Below, in pieces: positions 27,835 to 42,402 of a DNA stretch of 64,000 bases; positions within the stretch are counted from its first letter, which is position 1; every line of letters starts with the position of its first letter. The position numbers were made by a program, and so were the translations under genes. The notes under the pieces are model-generated. The model worked only from the letters and a program-made list of their open reading frames with translations, did not search any database and was not told where the DNA came from. Origin of the DNA: Eledone cirrhosa (lineage: Eukaryota); assembly GCA_964016885.1 (NCBI GenBank), contig OZ024748.1:682001-746000 (forward strand), in the 5' to 3' direction.

Positions 27835-28135
27835 TTCATGGATGAAGAACTCAGAGCTGTATGGGAGCCTCCCAAAAGTCAGCTCAAAAGTGATACAGAG
27901 GAGACTGAGATTAGCTGGACATGCTCACCAACATTTAGAGTTGACACTGCACTCAGTGCTCCTGTGGGAGCCCCTACATGGACACATTGGAAGAAGTAGA
28001 ACGAGGATGACATATTTTGATGCCCTAAACACAGACACTGGTCTCTGGGAAACATGGGACAGTGGTGATGATGAAGGACAAAGACCTCTGGAAGAACTCG
28101 TGCATGGATCTCAGGAATTTTACTCACCCTAGATA
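27835..28135 (+). mobile_element. Old RTE-like LINE C-terminal relic
   Basis: Translation RRLRLAGH...LLWEPLHG...GR.RMTY resembles RTE C-termini. Confidence 0.6.
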
Positions 28136-28954
28136 GAATATGGTCATAATAGGGTTAATAAAGGTTGTTTTGACATATAAATCTATGAAACTTCAAATAT
28201 TTTGACTCAGCATGCTGACAACAACAACCACAATGATGATGTATTTTATAAAAAATATGGTCCTAAAAGGGTTAATATAGGTTGTTTTTTACAGTTTATA
28301 AGTCTATGAAGATTCAAATATTTTGACCCAGCAGGATGATGACAAAGCAGATTGAATATAGTAAATATTTATTTGTGCACACTACATCATATAACATACA
28401 TTAGAATATCTAAGAGGAATTTAATGTAAGTGTTTTTACAGTTTAGAAGATCTGCCAAAATATTTTTTATTTCTCTATTTTTTGCATTTATGAAACTTCA
28501 AATAATTTAACCCAGCATGACACTGACAAAATATATTCAAAATAGTAAATATTTATGCACAATAAAGTATAATTTTGAAAATCCAAGATACAGTTATTCT
28601 AGGTATAACTACAGTTTATAAGTCTCAATGAATTCTTTTTTTTTTTTGTGCACCATAATAAAATATAATTTTAAAAATGATATGTATTTATGTAGAGTGC
28701 AGTGTATTTATTGTAGTTCTAACCATGATTTATAAACCTCCACTATGAAGATGTAAACAAATGTGAAAACATTCTATTATTCTTTTCAGAAACAAAAAAA
28801 CATTAGATAATGTCTATAGAATAGTTAAGCAAGTAGTAGTAGTAGTATCATTGGTGGTTGTGGTAATAGTGGTGTTGGTAATGGTGATGTAGTGGTGGTG
28901 ATGGTGGTGGTAGTGTGTCTCTTGTTGAATGAATGTATATATATATATAAATAC

Positions 28955-29045
<91 letters not shown>

Positions 29046-29360
29046 ACATACACACTATATATATATACTATATATACTACACACAGACTATATATATATA
29101 CTCACTGTAAATGAAGTTGGTGTTAGGAAGGGCATCCAGCTGTAGAAATCAAGCCAGAATCAGTTCCTGTATGAGCAAGACAAGGTCAGCCGACCGGACA
29201 CTGCCCACAACAGGACAACCATCTAACCCATGGTAGCATGCAAGAACGGACGAAAATGGTGATGAGGATGATGATGATGATATATATATATACTATACAT
29301 ACTATATTTATGTATATATATATATAGTACACATACTATATATATATATATATACTATAC

Positions 29361-32300
29361 TCGCTACCATTTTGGCCGAACATTTTTCCAGGATTCATAA
29401 AAATGGCTTCTCTCGGCCCTCTAAATCGCTATCACCCCCCCCTCTCTCTATCATATACGTGCCTGTTGGTCCCTCTCTCTCTCTCTCTCTCTCTCGCTCA
29501 CCAAATATAAATAAACCTGTTACGAGGTACGAATCTCAGAATTTGTCAACTCTTATTAATGGTCAGTCCACTTCTACGAAATGTAATGTAAAAATAACAT
29601 TTTCTTCTTGTCTCCCCACCCTTCGGTTCATTCATCCATATATCTATAATCGCCCAGAATCCAAATCCTACTTCTTAATTGCTATTCTATAATTCTGTCT
29701 GACTGTTCTAAATAATCTTCTCCTCGTTTGTTCTAAATAATCTTCTCCTCGCTAACTACCCCATGCCCCTCCCACCCGCCCCCACTCTCCACCATTATTA
29801 TTTGGACCAGTCATAAGTCAACGGTCTATGCTATCACTTCTCCTGGTTGCTTTTCGATATGATGGATGGACTAAGGATTTTCTGGAGAGTCTGAAGAATC
29901 TGGACACTCGAAGACAATGCCAAAGATAATGACAAATTCACCTCATGCTGCCGGACGAAAGGGCAAGGACTCCTCCTCTTTGTTTCGGCCGCGGATGGCC
30001 AACATAACTCCAACCCCATCCCCTCACCTCTCCCTGCGCCCCACCCACCAAACGCAATCCAAAACTTCAGAGTTGGTACCATGAATGTAGGCACCTTAAA
30101 AGGCCGCTCTAACGAGGTTGTAGAAATGCTTGAACGTAAGGAGGTTGATGTTTGCTGTATTCAAGAGACCAGGTGGAGGGGCGGGTCTGCTAGATTCATT
30201 GTCGGTAAAAACGATGCTATAAGCTTTTCTGGGTGGGAAATGACAATGGGTTGGGTGGGGTAGGAATCATGTTAGCAGAAAAATGGGTGGATAAGATAAT
30301 AGACGTAAATAGAGTAAATGACAGAATAATTAAAATAAGACTTGTTCTAAATAGAACTACTGTGACTAATATCTGCGTACGCACCCCAATCCGGACTGCC
30401 TGGCGCTATAAAAGACAGATTCTAAGAGACACTGATGCTCACTACCTCCCAAATAACCGACAGTGACTATATAATTATTGCTGGCAACCTAAATGGTCAC
30501 GTTGGACAACATTGTAACGGCTATGACGGAATCCACGGAGGCTATGGGTTTGGTACTAGAAATAAGGAAGGCTCCAGAATCCTGGAATTCTGTGATGCAA
30601 ATAACCTAACTATCTGTAACACTAACTTCAAAAAACGAGACAATCACTTGATCACCTACAGATCAGGGGAACATACCAGCCAGGTAGATTATATCCTTAC
30701 CAGAAGACGTGACAAAGTGTCTGTTGTAAACACTAAATCCCTCCTCCATGAAGAATGCACCTCCCAACATAGACTGATAATTAGCGACCTCATAGTCAGG
30801 ATGAGACGTACTCGACAACAGAAGAGGACTATCCTCAGGAAAAAAATATGGAAGCTAAAGGACCCCACAGCCAGAAATAAATTTAAAAGCATATTACTTG
30901 ATACTTTCGACAGTAAGGAAGAGCATTTAGAGTCGTACAATATAGATGAACAGTGGGAATTCCTGAAAGCAAACCTGCTGATGGCGGCAGACGAAGTCTG
31001 TGGCTGGAGCAGGCCTATAGGCAGGAGGAGAGTAACATGGTGGTGGAACAGTAAGGTGGAGGAGTCAATTAAGGCCAAAAAGCAGGCTTGGAAAGTATGG
31101 CAGGATGGGGGAAGTAGAGAAGACTATCAAGTGGCCAGGAGGGAATCTAGGAGACAAGTGTACTTCGCAAGAAGGGAAGCAGAGGAAAGAAAGTTCAAGC
31201 ATGTTCTACAACGCGTGGACCAAAAACGTGAGGTGTTCAGGATTGCTAGGCAATGTGTCAATGTGTCGGGGAGAAGTGTGTCCTTAATGATGATGGTGTA
31301 CTTGCCATCACTGACGCTGATAAGAAGGCAGCTTGGCAGTGTCACTACGAAAGGCTACTAAATGAGGAGAATAAATGGGAGAAAGACAGTCTCCCCCACA
31401 TCGACCCAATAGAGGGACCAGCAGTGTTAGTCGAAGGTAGTATAATAAGTAAGGCAATCAAAGATATGAAGACGGGTAAGGTGGCTGGGCCTTCGGAAAT
31501 AGTTGCTGAAATGCTGAAAGCTTCTGGAACGGTGGGACACACCATGGTCACCCGGATAGTAAACCAAGTCATGCAGAATGGGGTTGTTCCGAAGGACTGG
31601 CGTAGCATCATTATCATTAACTGCTACAAGGGTAAAGGAGATGCCCTAGATAGGAGTAACTATAGAGGCATTAAATTAATCGACCAGGTCATGAAGGTCA
31701 CAGAAAAAGTAATAGCGCAACTAATCAGAGAGAGAATTGATCTAGATGAAATGCAGTTCGGGTTTGTGTCAGGTAAAAGTACAACAGACGCTCTTTTCAT
31801 TGTACGACAACTACAGGAGAAGTACCTAGCTAAAAGTAAACCCCTATATTTAGCTTTTGTCAACTTGGAGAAAGCCTTCGACAGAGTCCCCCGTTCCATT
31901 ATCTGGTGGGCTCTTAGAAAACTAGGTGTTGATGAATGGCTTGTGAGAGCTATACAAGCCATGTATAAAGAAACAGTCAGCAAGGTTAGAATTAACAACG
32001 AATATAGTGAAGAGTTTAGCGTAAAAGTTGGTGTTCATCAGGGCTCCATCCTTAGCCCCCAACTATTTATTATTGCCCTTCAGGCTATAACAGTGGAGTT
32101 CAAGACCGGCTGCCCATGGGAACTCCTATACACAGATAATCTAACGCTCATAGCTGAATCAATGGCCAAACTAGAGAAGAAATTCCAAACATGGAAGCAT
32201 GGCCTAGAATCAAAAGGCCTTAAAATTAACCTGTCTAAGACTAAAGTTCTAGTTTGTAGGAAGGAAAATAGGGTACCGGTCCCATCCGGGAAATGGCCAT

Positions 32301-33485
32301 GCTCAGTGTGTAGGAAAGGAGTAGGCAGAAACTCTGTTTTATGTCCCAAATGCAAAGTATGGGTGCATAAAAGATGTAGTGGGATCACAGGTAAGCTAAC
32401 TAAGAACATATATTTTATAGTTGGCCGGTGCTCTGGTGCAATAAGTAGCAGCATTCTGTATGCACTTGCTGCTACTTATTGCACCAGAGCACACAGAATA
32501 CTAGCTCATTCCATTGCACAGATAGTTCTATAGAAATAGTGGGCAGCTTCCGTTACCTGGGTGACAAAATCAGCAGTGGGGGAGGGTGCTCTGAAAGTAC
32601 AGTAGCTAGAGTCAGAACTGGATGGAAAAAGTTCAGAGAGCTTATACCACTATTAGCCGCTAAAGGGTTCTCCCTAAAAATGAAAGGTAGGCTGTATGAT
32701 GCCTGCATACGAACAGCAATGTTACATGGCAGTGAGACCTGGGCATTGTGTGCAGAGGATATATGCAGACTGGAGAGGAAAGTAGTTTGCATGCTCCGCT
32801 GGATGTTTAATAGTAATATACGTGATCGGCAAAGCATAAACGAACTAAGGGAAAAATTAGAAATAAGAGGGATCAGATGTTGTTTACTCGAGAGAAGACT
32901 ATGTTGGTATGGTCACGTGATGCGCATGAAAGATGATAGCTGTATAAAAAAGTGCAGGGCAATAAAAATAGACGGTAGCCACGGAGTAGGCAGACCCAGG
33001 AAAACCTGGGACGACTTGATAAATTCCGACCTCACACACTTACACCTCTCCAAGACAATGTCACTGGACCGAGATCTTTGGCGCTACACAGTAATAGAGA
33101 AGACCCGCCTTACCTAAGTACAAAGTGAAACCTACTACAGTCAGTAGACACCTCTAACAAAATACACCCCCGTCCCACTACCCCCACCCTTTCAATGTAA
33201 AGTTATGTTGGTACCACTACATCCAGCCCGAAACAAAAAAGGTTGTGTAGGTGTCACGACAAAAAAACACAGTCCACACTGTAATGTGGCCGTGTAGGTA
33301 ACACGGTAAAAACCTCCCAGTCCACACTGTAAATGAGGTTGGTGTTAGGAAGAGCATCCAGCCGTAGAAAACCCGCCAGACAGTCCTATACGAGCAAGAC
33401 AACCACTCTTGCCTCAAGTGGGAAAACTCCCGTCCAAACCCATGCAGGCGTGGAATATGGACGTTAAACGATGATGATGATGATG
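29361..33485 (+). mobile_element. RTE LINE family B, near full length, frameshifted
   Basis: APE + RT + Cys/His finger across ORF pieces 30081-33117, a ~360-nt 3' UTR ending GGACGTTAAAC(GAT)n, and TA-rich flanks. The 5' boundary is uncertain. Confidence 0.9.
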
Positions 33486-33625
33486 TCTATACATACTATA
33501 TTTATCTATATATGTATATATATATAGTACACATACTATATGTGATTATTGATTTTAGATTGTAGAAACTATACATATGTTTATAATAGGGATAAATCAG
33601 TTGGTTCAATATATATACAAGTGTG

Positions 33626-33667
<42 letters not shown>

Positions 33668-34270
33668 ACTACACACGTGCTAGTCAGTTCATATTCTATT
33701 TCATGTTTATTAGTTTATATTACAGTCAGGATATATTATTGATAACCTATAAAAATATACACTCTATAGAACACATTCTACGCATATACACATGCATGCA
33801 TGTATAAAATACACACACAAACATATATATATATATATACATATATATATATTGATTTATACATACATATATATTTATTTATGCACACATATATATATAT
33901 ACATTTATGCATAGACTTATATATGTATATATGCATATATATATATATAAATGCATATAGATAAATGCATATATAGATGAATGCATATATAGATGAATGC
34001 ATATATATATATATATATATTTATATATGTATATATATATATATATATATATGCATATATATATAAACATACTTTGTTATATTTTTCAAAGGGCTGTACA
34101 TTCGTCCCAGGACAATAACGAATCTGTGTATGGGTTTTCACAGATCTTTCATAAAATACTTAGATATGGCATAACATTGTATAAATAAAAGAGCAACACA
34201 TTATATATGTGTGTGCGTGTGTGTCTGTGTGTCTGCGAGTGTGTATATATACATATATATATATAACTAC

Positions 34271-34846
34271 TGAAAGACGACAGCTGTATAAAAAAGTGCA
34301 GGGCGATAAAAATAGACGGTAGCCACGGAGTAGGCAGACCCAGAAAAACCTGGGACGACTTGATAAATTCCAACCTCACACACTTACACCTCTCCAAGAC
34401 AATGTCACTGGACCGAGATCTTTGGCACTACACAGTAATACAGAAGATTCGCCTTGCCTAAGTACAAAGCGAAACCTACAGTCAGTAGGCACCTCTAACA
34501 AAATACACCCACCATCCCACTACCCCCACCCCATCCACACCACCCCTTTCAATGTAAAGTTATGTTGGTACCACAACATCCAGGCCGAAACAAATGAGGT
34601 TGTGTAGGTATCACGACAAAAAAACACAGTCCACGGTGTAATGTGGCCATGTAGGTAACACGGTAAAAACCTCCCAGTCCACACTGTAAATGAGGTTGTG
34701 TTAGGAAGGGCATCCAAGCCGTAGAAAACCCGCCAGACAGTCCTATACGAGCAAGACAACCAATCTTGCCTCAAGTGGGAAAATTCCCATCCAAACCCAT
34801 GCTAGCATGGAAGATGGACGTTAAACGATGATGATGATGATGATGA
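34271..34846 (+). mobile_element. RTE LINE family B 3' fragment
   Basis: Matches 32926-33485, including the (GAT)n tail. Confidence 0.88.
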
Positions 34847-35269
34847 TATATAATAGAAAAAACAAGGAGGCTTCGTTTACACTCTCCCTTCTCTCTATAT
34901 CAGCCTGTAGGTTGAGGAAAAGGAGGAAGAGAGGAAGGGGGGTACAAACTCTTTGTACTCCTGGAGATGAGCATTGCACATTTTTTCGGGGGTATGTGTT
35001 ACCCATATGAAATGTCTCCCCCTATTGGGGAAAATCGATTAACTTTTCAATTGCATTTGTGATATTTTACACGTTTTTATTGTATGTAAACTTCCCCCTT
35101 TGTATTTGTCCCCTTCTTTTGTGCCCCTGTGGCTAATAAAGAAACATATCTATCTATCTATATCTATTTACCTATCTATCTACCTCTCTCTTTCTATATA
35201 TATGTGTGTGTGTGTGTGTGTTGAACAATAAAAACAAAAGGCAAAGTTTAGTGTTCAATCAGTTCATAG

Positions 35270-35396
35270 TTTTTACGATCGTTTCAGAAAGTTGATTGAT
35301 CAGGATAAAGCAATATATTGACTAATTGATAGTAGTTATATAACTCCATATTATTAGTCTTGATATTACTGATCTATCTCACTATCTTCATAAATA
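35270..35396 (-). ncRNA. Hammerhead motif with long stem II, core mutated (AUGAAGA)
   Basis: UUU AUGAAGA [~100-nt hairpin: GAUCAG/CUGAUC, GUAAUAU/AUAUUGC, GACUAAU/AUUAGUC] GAAAC GAUC GUA AAA. Confidence 0.55.
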
Positions 35397-35589
35397 TTTA
35401 TATATATCCAACCCTTGCAAGCAGGGAAAAGCAGACGTAAAATGATGATGATGATATGTATTTATGGTCCTGTAACTCCTGATATAGTCGTAGGTGCGCC
35501 GTATTGACATATAGTATTTCATGACACTTTTAAGCCTGGCGGAGCTCATGCCTCTCCATGATTATAACAGATTTCTTCCAGAGAGAGAA

Positions 35590-35730
35590 AGAATCGACCC
35601 CAGTACTAGACTGGTACTTATTTTATCGACCTCAAAAGGATAAAAGGCAAAGTTGACCTCGGTGGGATTTTAACTCAGAGAGCTGGAATTCATACCATAA
35701 AACATTCTATCAAATGTTCTAACGACTCTG
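35590..35730 (-). mobile_element. OR-like SINE, diverged
   Basis: CTGGTACTTATTTTATCGACC...AAAGGCAAAGTTGACCTCGG. Confidence 0.7.
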
Positions 35731-35922
35731 TAAAGTGTGTAAGCTGGAGTCATGTGAAAATGCTCTCAGTAAACACTGTAAAGTGGTTGGCATTAAGAAG
35801 AGCATTCAGCCATAGAAACCAAACCCGAAACAGATCATATGAGAATGACATGGTCACCCTACCATGTCTAACTGAAATCTGTAATAACCTGTATAACCCA
35901 TGCAAGCATGAAAAATAGCTGT

Positions 35923-35953
<31 letters not shown>

Positions 35954-37167
35954 ACATATATAAAGTTAATCTCTTACATTGTATTATCCCCCCCCCCCCC
36001 CGTCATTCAGTTGTCATTGCTCTCCCCTCTATACATGTCGCTCGAGGTCATGTTTGTCTTGAATGAATGGGGACAGCTTTGTGTAGAAATCAAAGCAAAC
36101 ATACTGTGGTTGGTGCTATGATAAAATGCACCCAGTACACTCTGAAAAGTTGTTGGCATGCATACAAAGAGAAAAGATAAAAGTAAAAAGAAAAAGCCAG
36201 TTATGAAATTTAGTCAAACAAAAAGTAGGAAATCTTGAACAACATCAACAATAATAACAACATCCACATTAACAACATCATCAACATCACCATCAACACC
36301 AACATCAACAACAATAACATCAATAACATCATCAACAACAACAATACCACCACCACCACCAAAAACAACAATACCACCACCACCACCAACACCACCACCA
36401 ACACCACCACTAACAACACCAATACCACCACAAACATCACCAACAACACCACCAACAACAACAATATCACCACCACCACCAACACCACAAACACCAACAA
36501 CAGCATCACCAACAACAACAAAACTAACACTACCACCACCAACACCACCAATACCACCAACAACACCACCAACATCAACAACAACAACACCAACAGCAAC
36601 ACCAACAACAGCAATAATACCTAGGAAAGTAGTGAGTGGGAAGTAGTCGGAGGAAGAAAACAAAAAAAAAACAAAAAAAATCCTCTTTATTCTTTTGACT
36701 TTAATTTTTGTTTGTTTTCTTTCATTTCTTTTATTATTTTTTTTGTTTGGTTGCGAAACAATAATTGCTTAAATAATGAATTAAGATGGTGTTAGCTGAA
36801 CAAGGAAGAACACCAAAATATAAAAAAGGTAATAGAAAGGTAAAATAGAAAAAAGACTGCTGTTCGGCACCATTTCCTGGCTTTTTACCAAATAATCAAT
36901 TAATGGTGTCATGTTTTTTTTATTATATAAGGACACCGGGAAGACACTTCCCCCACCTCCCTATCTCTACCCCCTTTCTCCCTCTCTATCTTTTTCTTTC
37001 TTTCTCTCTTCCCCACCATCTTTGTTACATGCATATTAAATCATACATACACATGCGCACACACACATATACATATACATATATGTATATATATATATAT
37101 ATACATATCATCATCATATATACATATATGTATATATATATATATATAGATATATATATATATATAT

Positions 37168-37800
37168 ATCATCATCATCATCATCAACGTTTAACGTCCG
37201 TGTTCCACGCTTGCATGGGTTTGGACGGGGGTATTCCCACTTGAGGCAAGAGTGATTGTCTTGCTCGCATAGGACTGTCTGGCAGGTTTTCTACAGTTGG
37301 ATGCCCTTCCTAACACCAACCACATTTACAGTGTGGGTCTGGGAGGTTTTTACCGTGTTGCCTACACGGCCACATTACAGCGTGGACTGTGTGTTTTTTG
37401 TCGTGACACCTACACGATCTCATTTGTTTCGGCCTGGATGGCGCGGCACCAACATAACTTTACATAGAACGGGGTGGTGTGGATGAGGTGGGGGTGGTGG
37501 GACGGGGTGTATTTTGTTAGAGATGCCTACTGGCTGTAGTAGGTTTTACTATGTATTTAGGTAAGGCGGGTCTTCTCTGTTACTGAGTACCGCCAAAGGT
37601 CTCGGTCCAGTGACATTGTCTTGGAGAGGTGTAAGTGTGTGAGGTCGGAGTTTATCAGCTCATCCCAGGTTTTTCTAGGTCTGCCTATTCCGTGGCTACC
37701 GTCTATCTTTATTGCCCTGCACTTTGTTATACAGCTATCGACTTTCATGCGCATCACGTGTCTATACCAACGTAGCCTTCTCTCGAGTAAACAACATCAT
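37168..37800 (-). mobile_element. RTE LINE family B 3' fragment
   Basis: Reverse-complement match to the family B C-terminus and 3' UTR. Confidence 0.88.
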
Positions 37801-37849
37801 CACGGAATATATGCGTATATATATATATATACGTGTGTGTATATAATAA

Positions 37850-38024
37850 TTGTTTCTACTTTTGGCACAAGGCCAGCAATTACCCAGTACATTACTGGTA
37901 CTTTATTTTATCGACCCCATAAGGATGAAAAGCAAAGTTAACCTCGACGGGATTTGAACTCAGAACATAAAGGGACGTAACTATGCTAGAAAGCATGGCG
38001 TCCGACCCTCTACCGATACTGACA
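37850..38024 (-). mobile_element. OR-like SINE
   Basis: Same family match. Confidence 0.8.
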
Positions 38025-38110
38025 ATTCCCCCATTGTGTGTATATAATAATGAAAATTATTGTGTACAGTGCACAGGTGCACTACAACTATATATATTTT
38101 GATATATATA

Positions 38111-41100
38111 TCACCTTGACCAACCAGTCTGTCGGGCGTCCATTCGGCGCCACTGGTCACAGCACGCCATCCATTCCTCTCTGGATTGTGCTTTCCTCAT
38201 CCATGTAGTCCCAATCGTATTCTTCAAATCGTAACTCCACCATCGTGGAGGCCTTCCGAGTGATCATTTCCACTCGCGCGGGTACCACAACGATTATCGG
38301 TGAACCGGGCGACGTGTCCAGCCTATCTGAACTTGCTGCGCATATATTCCGTGATGACGTCCTTCACGCCGGACTTCTGTCTAATGACTTCGCTCCTGAT
38401 GTGCTCTCTCAACGAGATTCCTAGCATTGATCTCTCCATGGCTCTTTGAGCCGTTACCAGCCTCTGCTCTTCTCTCTTCGTTGTAGCCCAAGTTTCACTG
38501 CCATATAACATTGCAGGTAAAACTGTGCTATTGAAGAGGTTGGCGCGGGTGGTCTTGTCCAACTCCCCCTTGAACACATCCCTTATGCCGTTGAATGCCT
38601 TCCATCCGGCCCTTACTCTCCGCGAGATCTCCCTTTCAATGTCTCGGTGCATGTTCACTTCTTGTCCCAGGTAGACGTATTCCTCCACCTCCTCTATTTC
38701 ATCACCACCAACCACCATTCGACCTGTTGGTACGTTGTCGGACCGCATGAACTTCGTTTTCATGCGGTTCATGTTGAGGCCTACTGCAGAGCTTTTGATG
38801 TCGAGCTCCGTCAGCATGGTCTGAAGCTGATCCCTGGTTTCAGCGATGAGTACGATGTCATCAGCGAAATGGAGGTGTGTAAGTATCTCACCGTTGATGT
38901 TGATACCGCCTTGCCAGTCAATGCCTCTGATGATCTGCTCGAGACACGCGGTGAAAAGTTTTGGAGAGATCGTATCTTCTTGCTTCACTCCCTTCTCGAC
39001 CGGCACTCGTACGGGTGATGACAGCAGAGCTATGTTGGTGGTGCATCCGGAACCCACCTCCTTGAGCAGTTGAACGTATTGCGCCTTGACTCCTTGCCTC
39101 TGCAGCGAGTTCAGCACTGCGTTGATTTCGACACTGTCGAAGGCCTTCTCGTAGTCTATGAATGCGAACAAAGAGGCATCTTGTACTCTTTTGCTCCCTC
39201 AAGCAGTTGTGTCAGAGCAAATATGTGGTCCATCGTAGTGTAGTTTTTCTGGAAGCCGGCTTGCTCTCTCGGTTGCTGTTTGTCCAGATGACGTGATAAC
39301 CTGTTCAGGATTATCTTCGTGAACAGCTTGTACACGTGAGACAGCAGGCATATGGGTTGGTAGTTCTTCAGATCTTCTCTATCACCCTTCTTGTATAGCA
39401 GGATGGTATTCGACTCTTTCCACTGCGAGGGTATTCTTCCCTCGTCTAGATAGCGTGTGAATTGCTCGGCGAGGATTTTCCAGAGCTGCTCTCTGCCTGA
39501 CTTCAACACCTCCGATGTTATGCCGTCTTTCCCTGGAGCCTTTCCGTTTTTCATCAAGCCGACGGCTCTTTCGACCTCACCAACAAGGATGGGTGGCACA
39601 TTTTCTTCCTGTTGGAGTGACGGCAACGGCTGCACATTCCCGGCAGACTTGAAGAGCTTGGTGTAGAAGTCTTCGCAAACCTTTTCCACCTCATTCTTGT
39701 CACTGACCGGTACTCCATTTGTGTTTTTCAGGGTCGTCACCTCCGCTCTGTACATTGTCATGTCCCTCTCACATTTGTTGAGGCTCTTCTTTTCCTTTGC
39801 GGCCTTCAGGAGCTTCTCCATCCGGTATGCCTCGAAGTCTCTCTTCAGTTGTTGACATATCACTCTGCTGAGAGGGGAATATTCGAGGTGATCTTCAGGT
39901 GTCCTCTTCATATTCTTCCTCTTCTCAAGCAACTTCATAGTTTCCTCCGAGACTCTTCCCTTCCGCTCCCTCGGGCACACACCCTTAGCCTTCCTCAAGC
40001 ACTCCTTCAGTTTCCTTATCAGTGAATCATAGTCAGCATCTATGCCGTCTCCTTGACGCCACTTTTCCTGCATAATGGCTTCCTGCAGCTGCACCTCGTT
40101 GAAAACCCGGACATGTTCTCCCTTCGATGGCAAATGCAGCGCCTTCTTCTCTCTCGTCCGGTTGATGATGATCCTCGCCCTCACCAGACGATGATCACTG
40201 CCAGTGTTGAATGGCGTTATGACGGAGACGTCCTGCAGTATACGTCGCTTGTCGACCAGGATGTAGTCAATCTCGTTTCGGTGCTCAGAATTTGGCGATA
40301 CCCAGGTCCATCTCTTCTCCTTCTTCTTCCTGAATAGGCTGTTTCTGATGTAGAGCCGTCTCGCCTCCGCCATGGTGACCAGACGCTCTCCTCTCTCATT
40401 TCGCTCTCCTAGGCCGAATTTTCCTACATACTCTTCCCCTTGCCGTCCCTGTCTGACCTTTGCGTTGAAGTCTCCCATCACGACGGTGTAAGTGGACTTC
40501 ACAGCTAGCACTTTGTGTAGCTGGCGATAGAATTCTTCCACCTCATCATCGTCGCTGACACTTGTAGGAACGTAGCTCTGGATGATCTTGAGGGTGGCTT
40601 TCCCTGAGAGGTTCACGTTCAGTACACCAATCCATGACGATATGAACTGTGAAGTAGCGACCTTAGAAGCCCATTCCTTGCTTACAATGAACCCTATACC
40701 TCTGACCGATCTGGCACCCTCTGCTTTCCCGAGTCTCAAGGCGCATCCATCTTGCCATCGCGAACTCGCCTCCTTCTTCTGGCGGGTCTCGCACAGCCCT
40801 AACATGTCGCACCTGATCTTCTTATCCTCCATTAGGTGGTTCAGTCCTTGCCCCCTTGCCAAAGACCTGCAGTTGTATGTGCATATGGCAAGGTTAGTCT
40901 TGTTCCTTGGCGGCCTTCGGGAACCTGTGATTCTTAGCAGTCTCTCGTCACTCGGGTTGCACTCTGCCGTCATGGAATGGCCCAATTGACACGCAGGGTA
41001 CTGAGGCCCTTTTCTTCATGCTGTTTTAACCATAAGATGATGCCATCCCACTGGCTGGGCGGGCAGGCCGATACCTCTTCAGTTTAGCTAGCTTTTGAAC

Positions 41101-41259
41101 TCTAGAAGATGATGAATCATCTTTAGGATCAATAGTCTGATACCTGTGTAGCATGGTAAGACCTGCCAGGACATGGAATCCCGCTACCATAGCTATCAGA
41201 CAGCCAGGGTCACCTCTGCGCCACTTTTGAGGCACTGAAGTAGGATTTTGCAGAGGTGA
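38111..41259 (-). mobile_element. RTE LINE family C, apparently full length (~3.15 kb), frameshifted
   Basis: APE (TYNCRSL, GLCETR, GDFNAK, SDHRLV) in 39156-40985 and RT (DYEKAFD, FADD, YVYLG) in 38323-39171. No finger insert. TATA flanks on both sides. Confidence 0.92.
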
Positions 41260-41329
41260 TATATATTGCTCCACCCTTGCAAGCAGGGAAAAGCGGACGC
41301 AAAATGATGATGATGATGATGATGATATA

Positions 41330-41388
<59 letters not shown>

Positions 41389-42283
41389 TATCATCATCAT
41401 CACTGTTTTACGTCCGTTCTTCCACGCTAGCATGGGTTAGACGGGTTGTCCTGTTGTGGGCAGTGTCCGGTCGGCTGACCTTGTCTTGCTCATAATTACA
41501 TAATAAGCTCTGAACTATACATAGAGCACTCTTCTTTCCTTTTCTACAGAAATACTTAACATATATATATATATATTCTGATTTCCGTGCCGTGAAGCGA
41601 CTGAGAATACATGACTTACCCTGGACAGGACACCAGTCCAAAGCAGGGTTAAAGCTTCCAGCTATTGTATTGTGTCTATTCATTTTCAGCTGAATATACT
41701 GGAGCAACATAAAATGTAATGTTTTGCTCAAGAACATAACACAACCCAGTCGAGGATATGAACCAACAACCCAGTCATTTCCATGACATGACTGAACGTT
41801 GCTCTACCCTACATAGCTTCTGTTCAAAGGCAAGTTACTTTAAAGGGTGTACCGCAATGTCTTTTACAGTGGAGCCAATACAACAGAGGTTTCAAGTAAT
41901 ACGCTTACATTGTATAAGCATGCATAAATGTATTTGTTTGTATGGGAGTCACTTTGAAGCAGGAAAAGGGAGGACTCAAAGTTGTGAGGCATTTGAATTA
42001 ACATATATATATCATCATCATCATCATCATATATATATATATATATTTATTTATATACACACACATACATACATATATATACATCATCATCACGTAAAAG
42101 GATGATGATCATGTATATATATGTATGTGTGTGTATGTATATAAATATATATATATATATATATATACACAAGCACAAGCACACACACACACATATATAT
42201 ATATACATATATATATTTATTAATTCAAATCTGAAACGTGTGTATATATTAATATATATCGTGTTGCCAATATTACCAATAGA

Positions 42284-42320
<37 letters not shown>

Positions 42321-42333
42321 AAGAGAGAAACGA

Positions 42334-42402
<69 letters not shown>

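Noticed and set aside
34070-34160. Possible decayed hammerhead in a TA island
   Set aside because: The core reads AUGAAAGA and stem III is unsupported.
41060-41090. CUGAAGA in the RTE family C leader
   Set aside because: No matching GAAA or stem III downstream.
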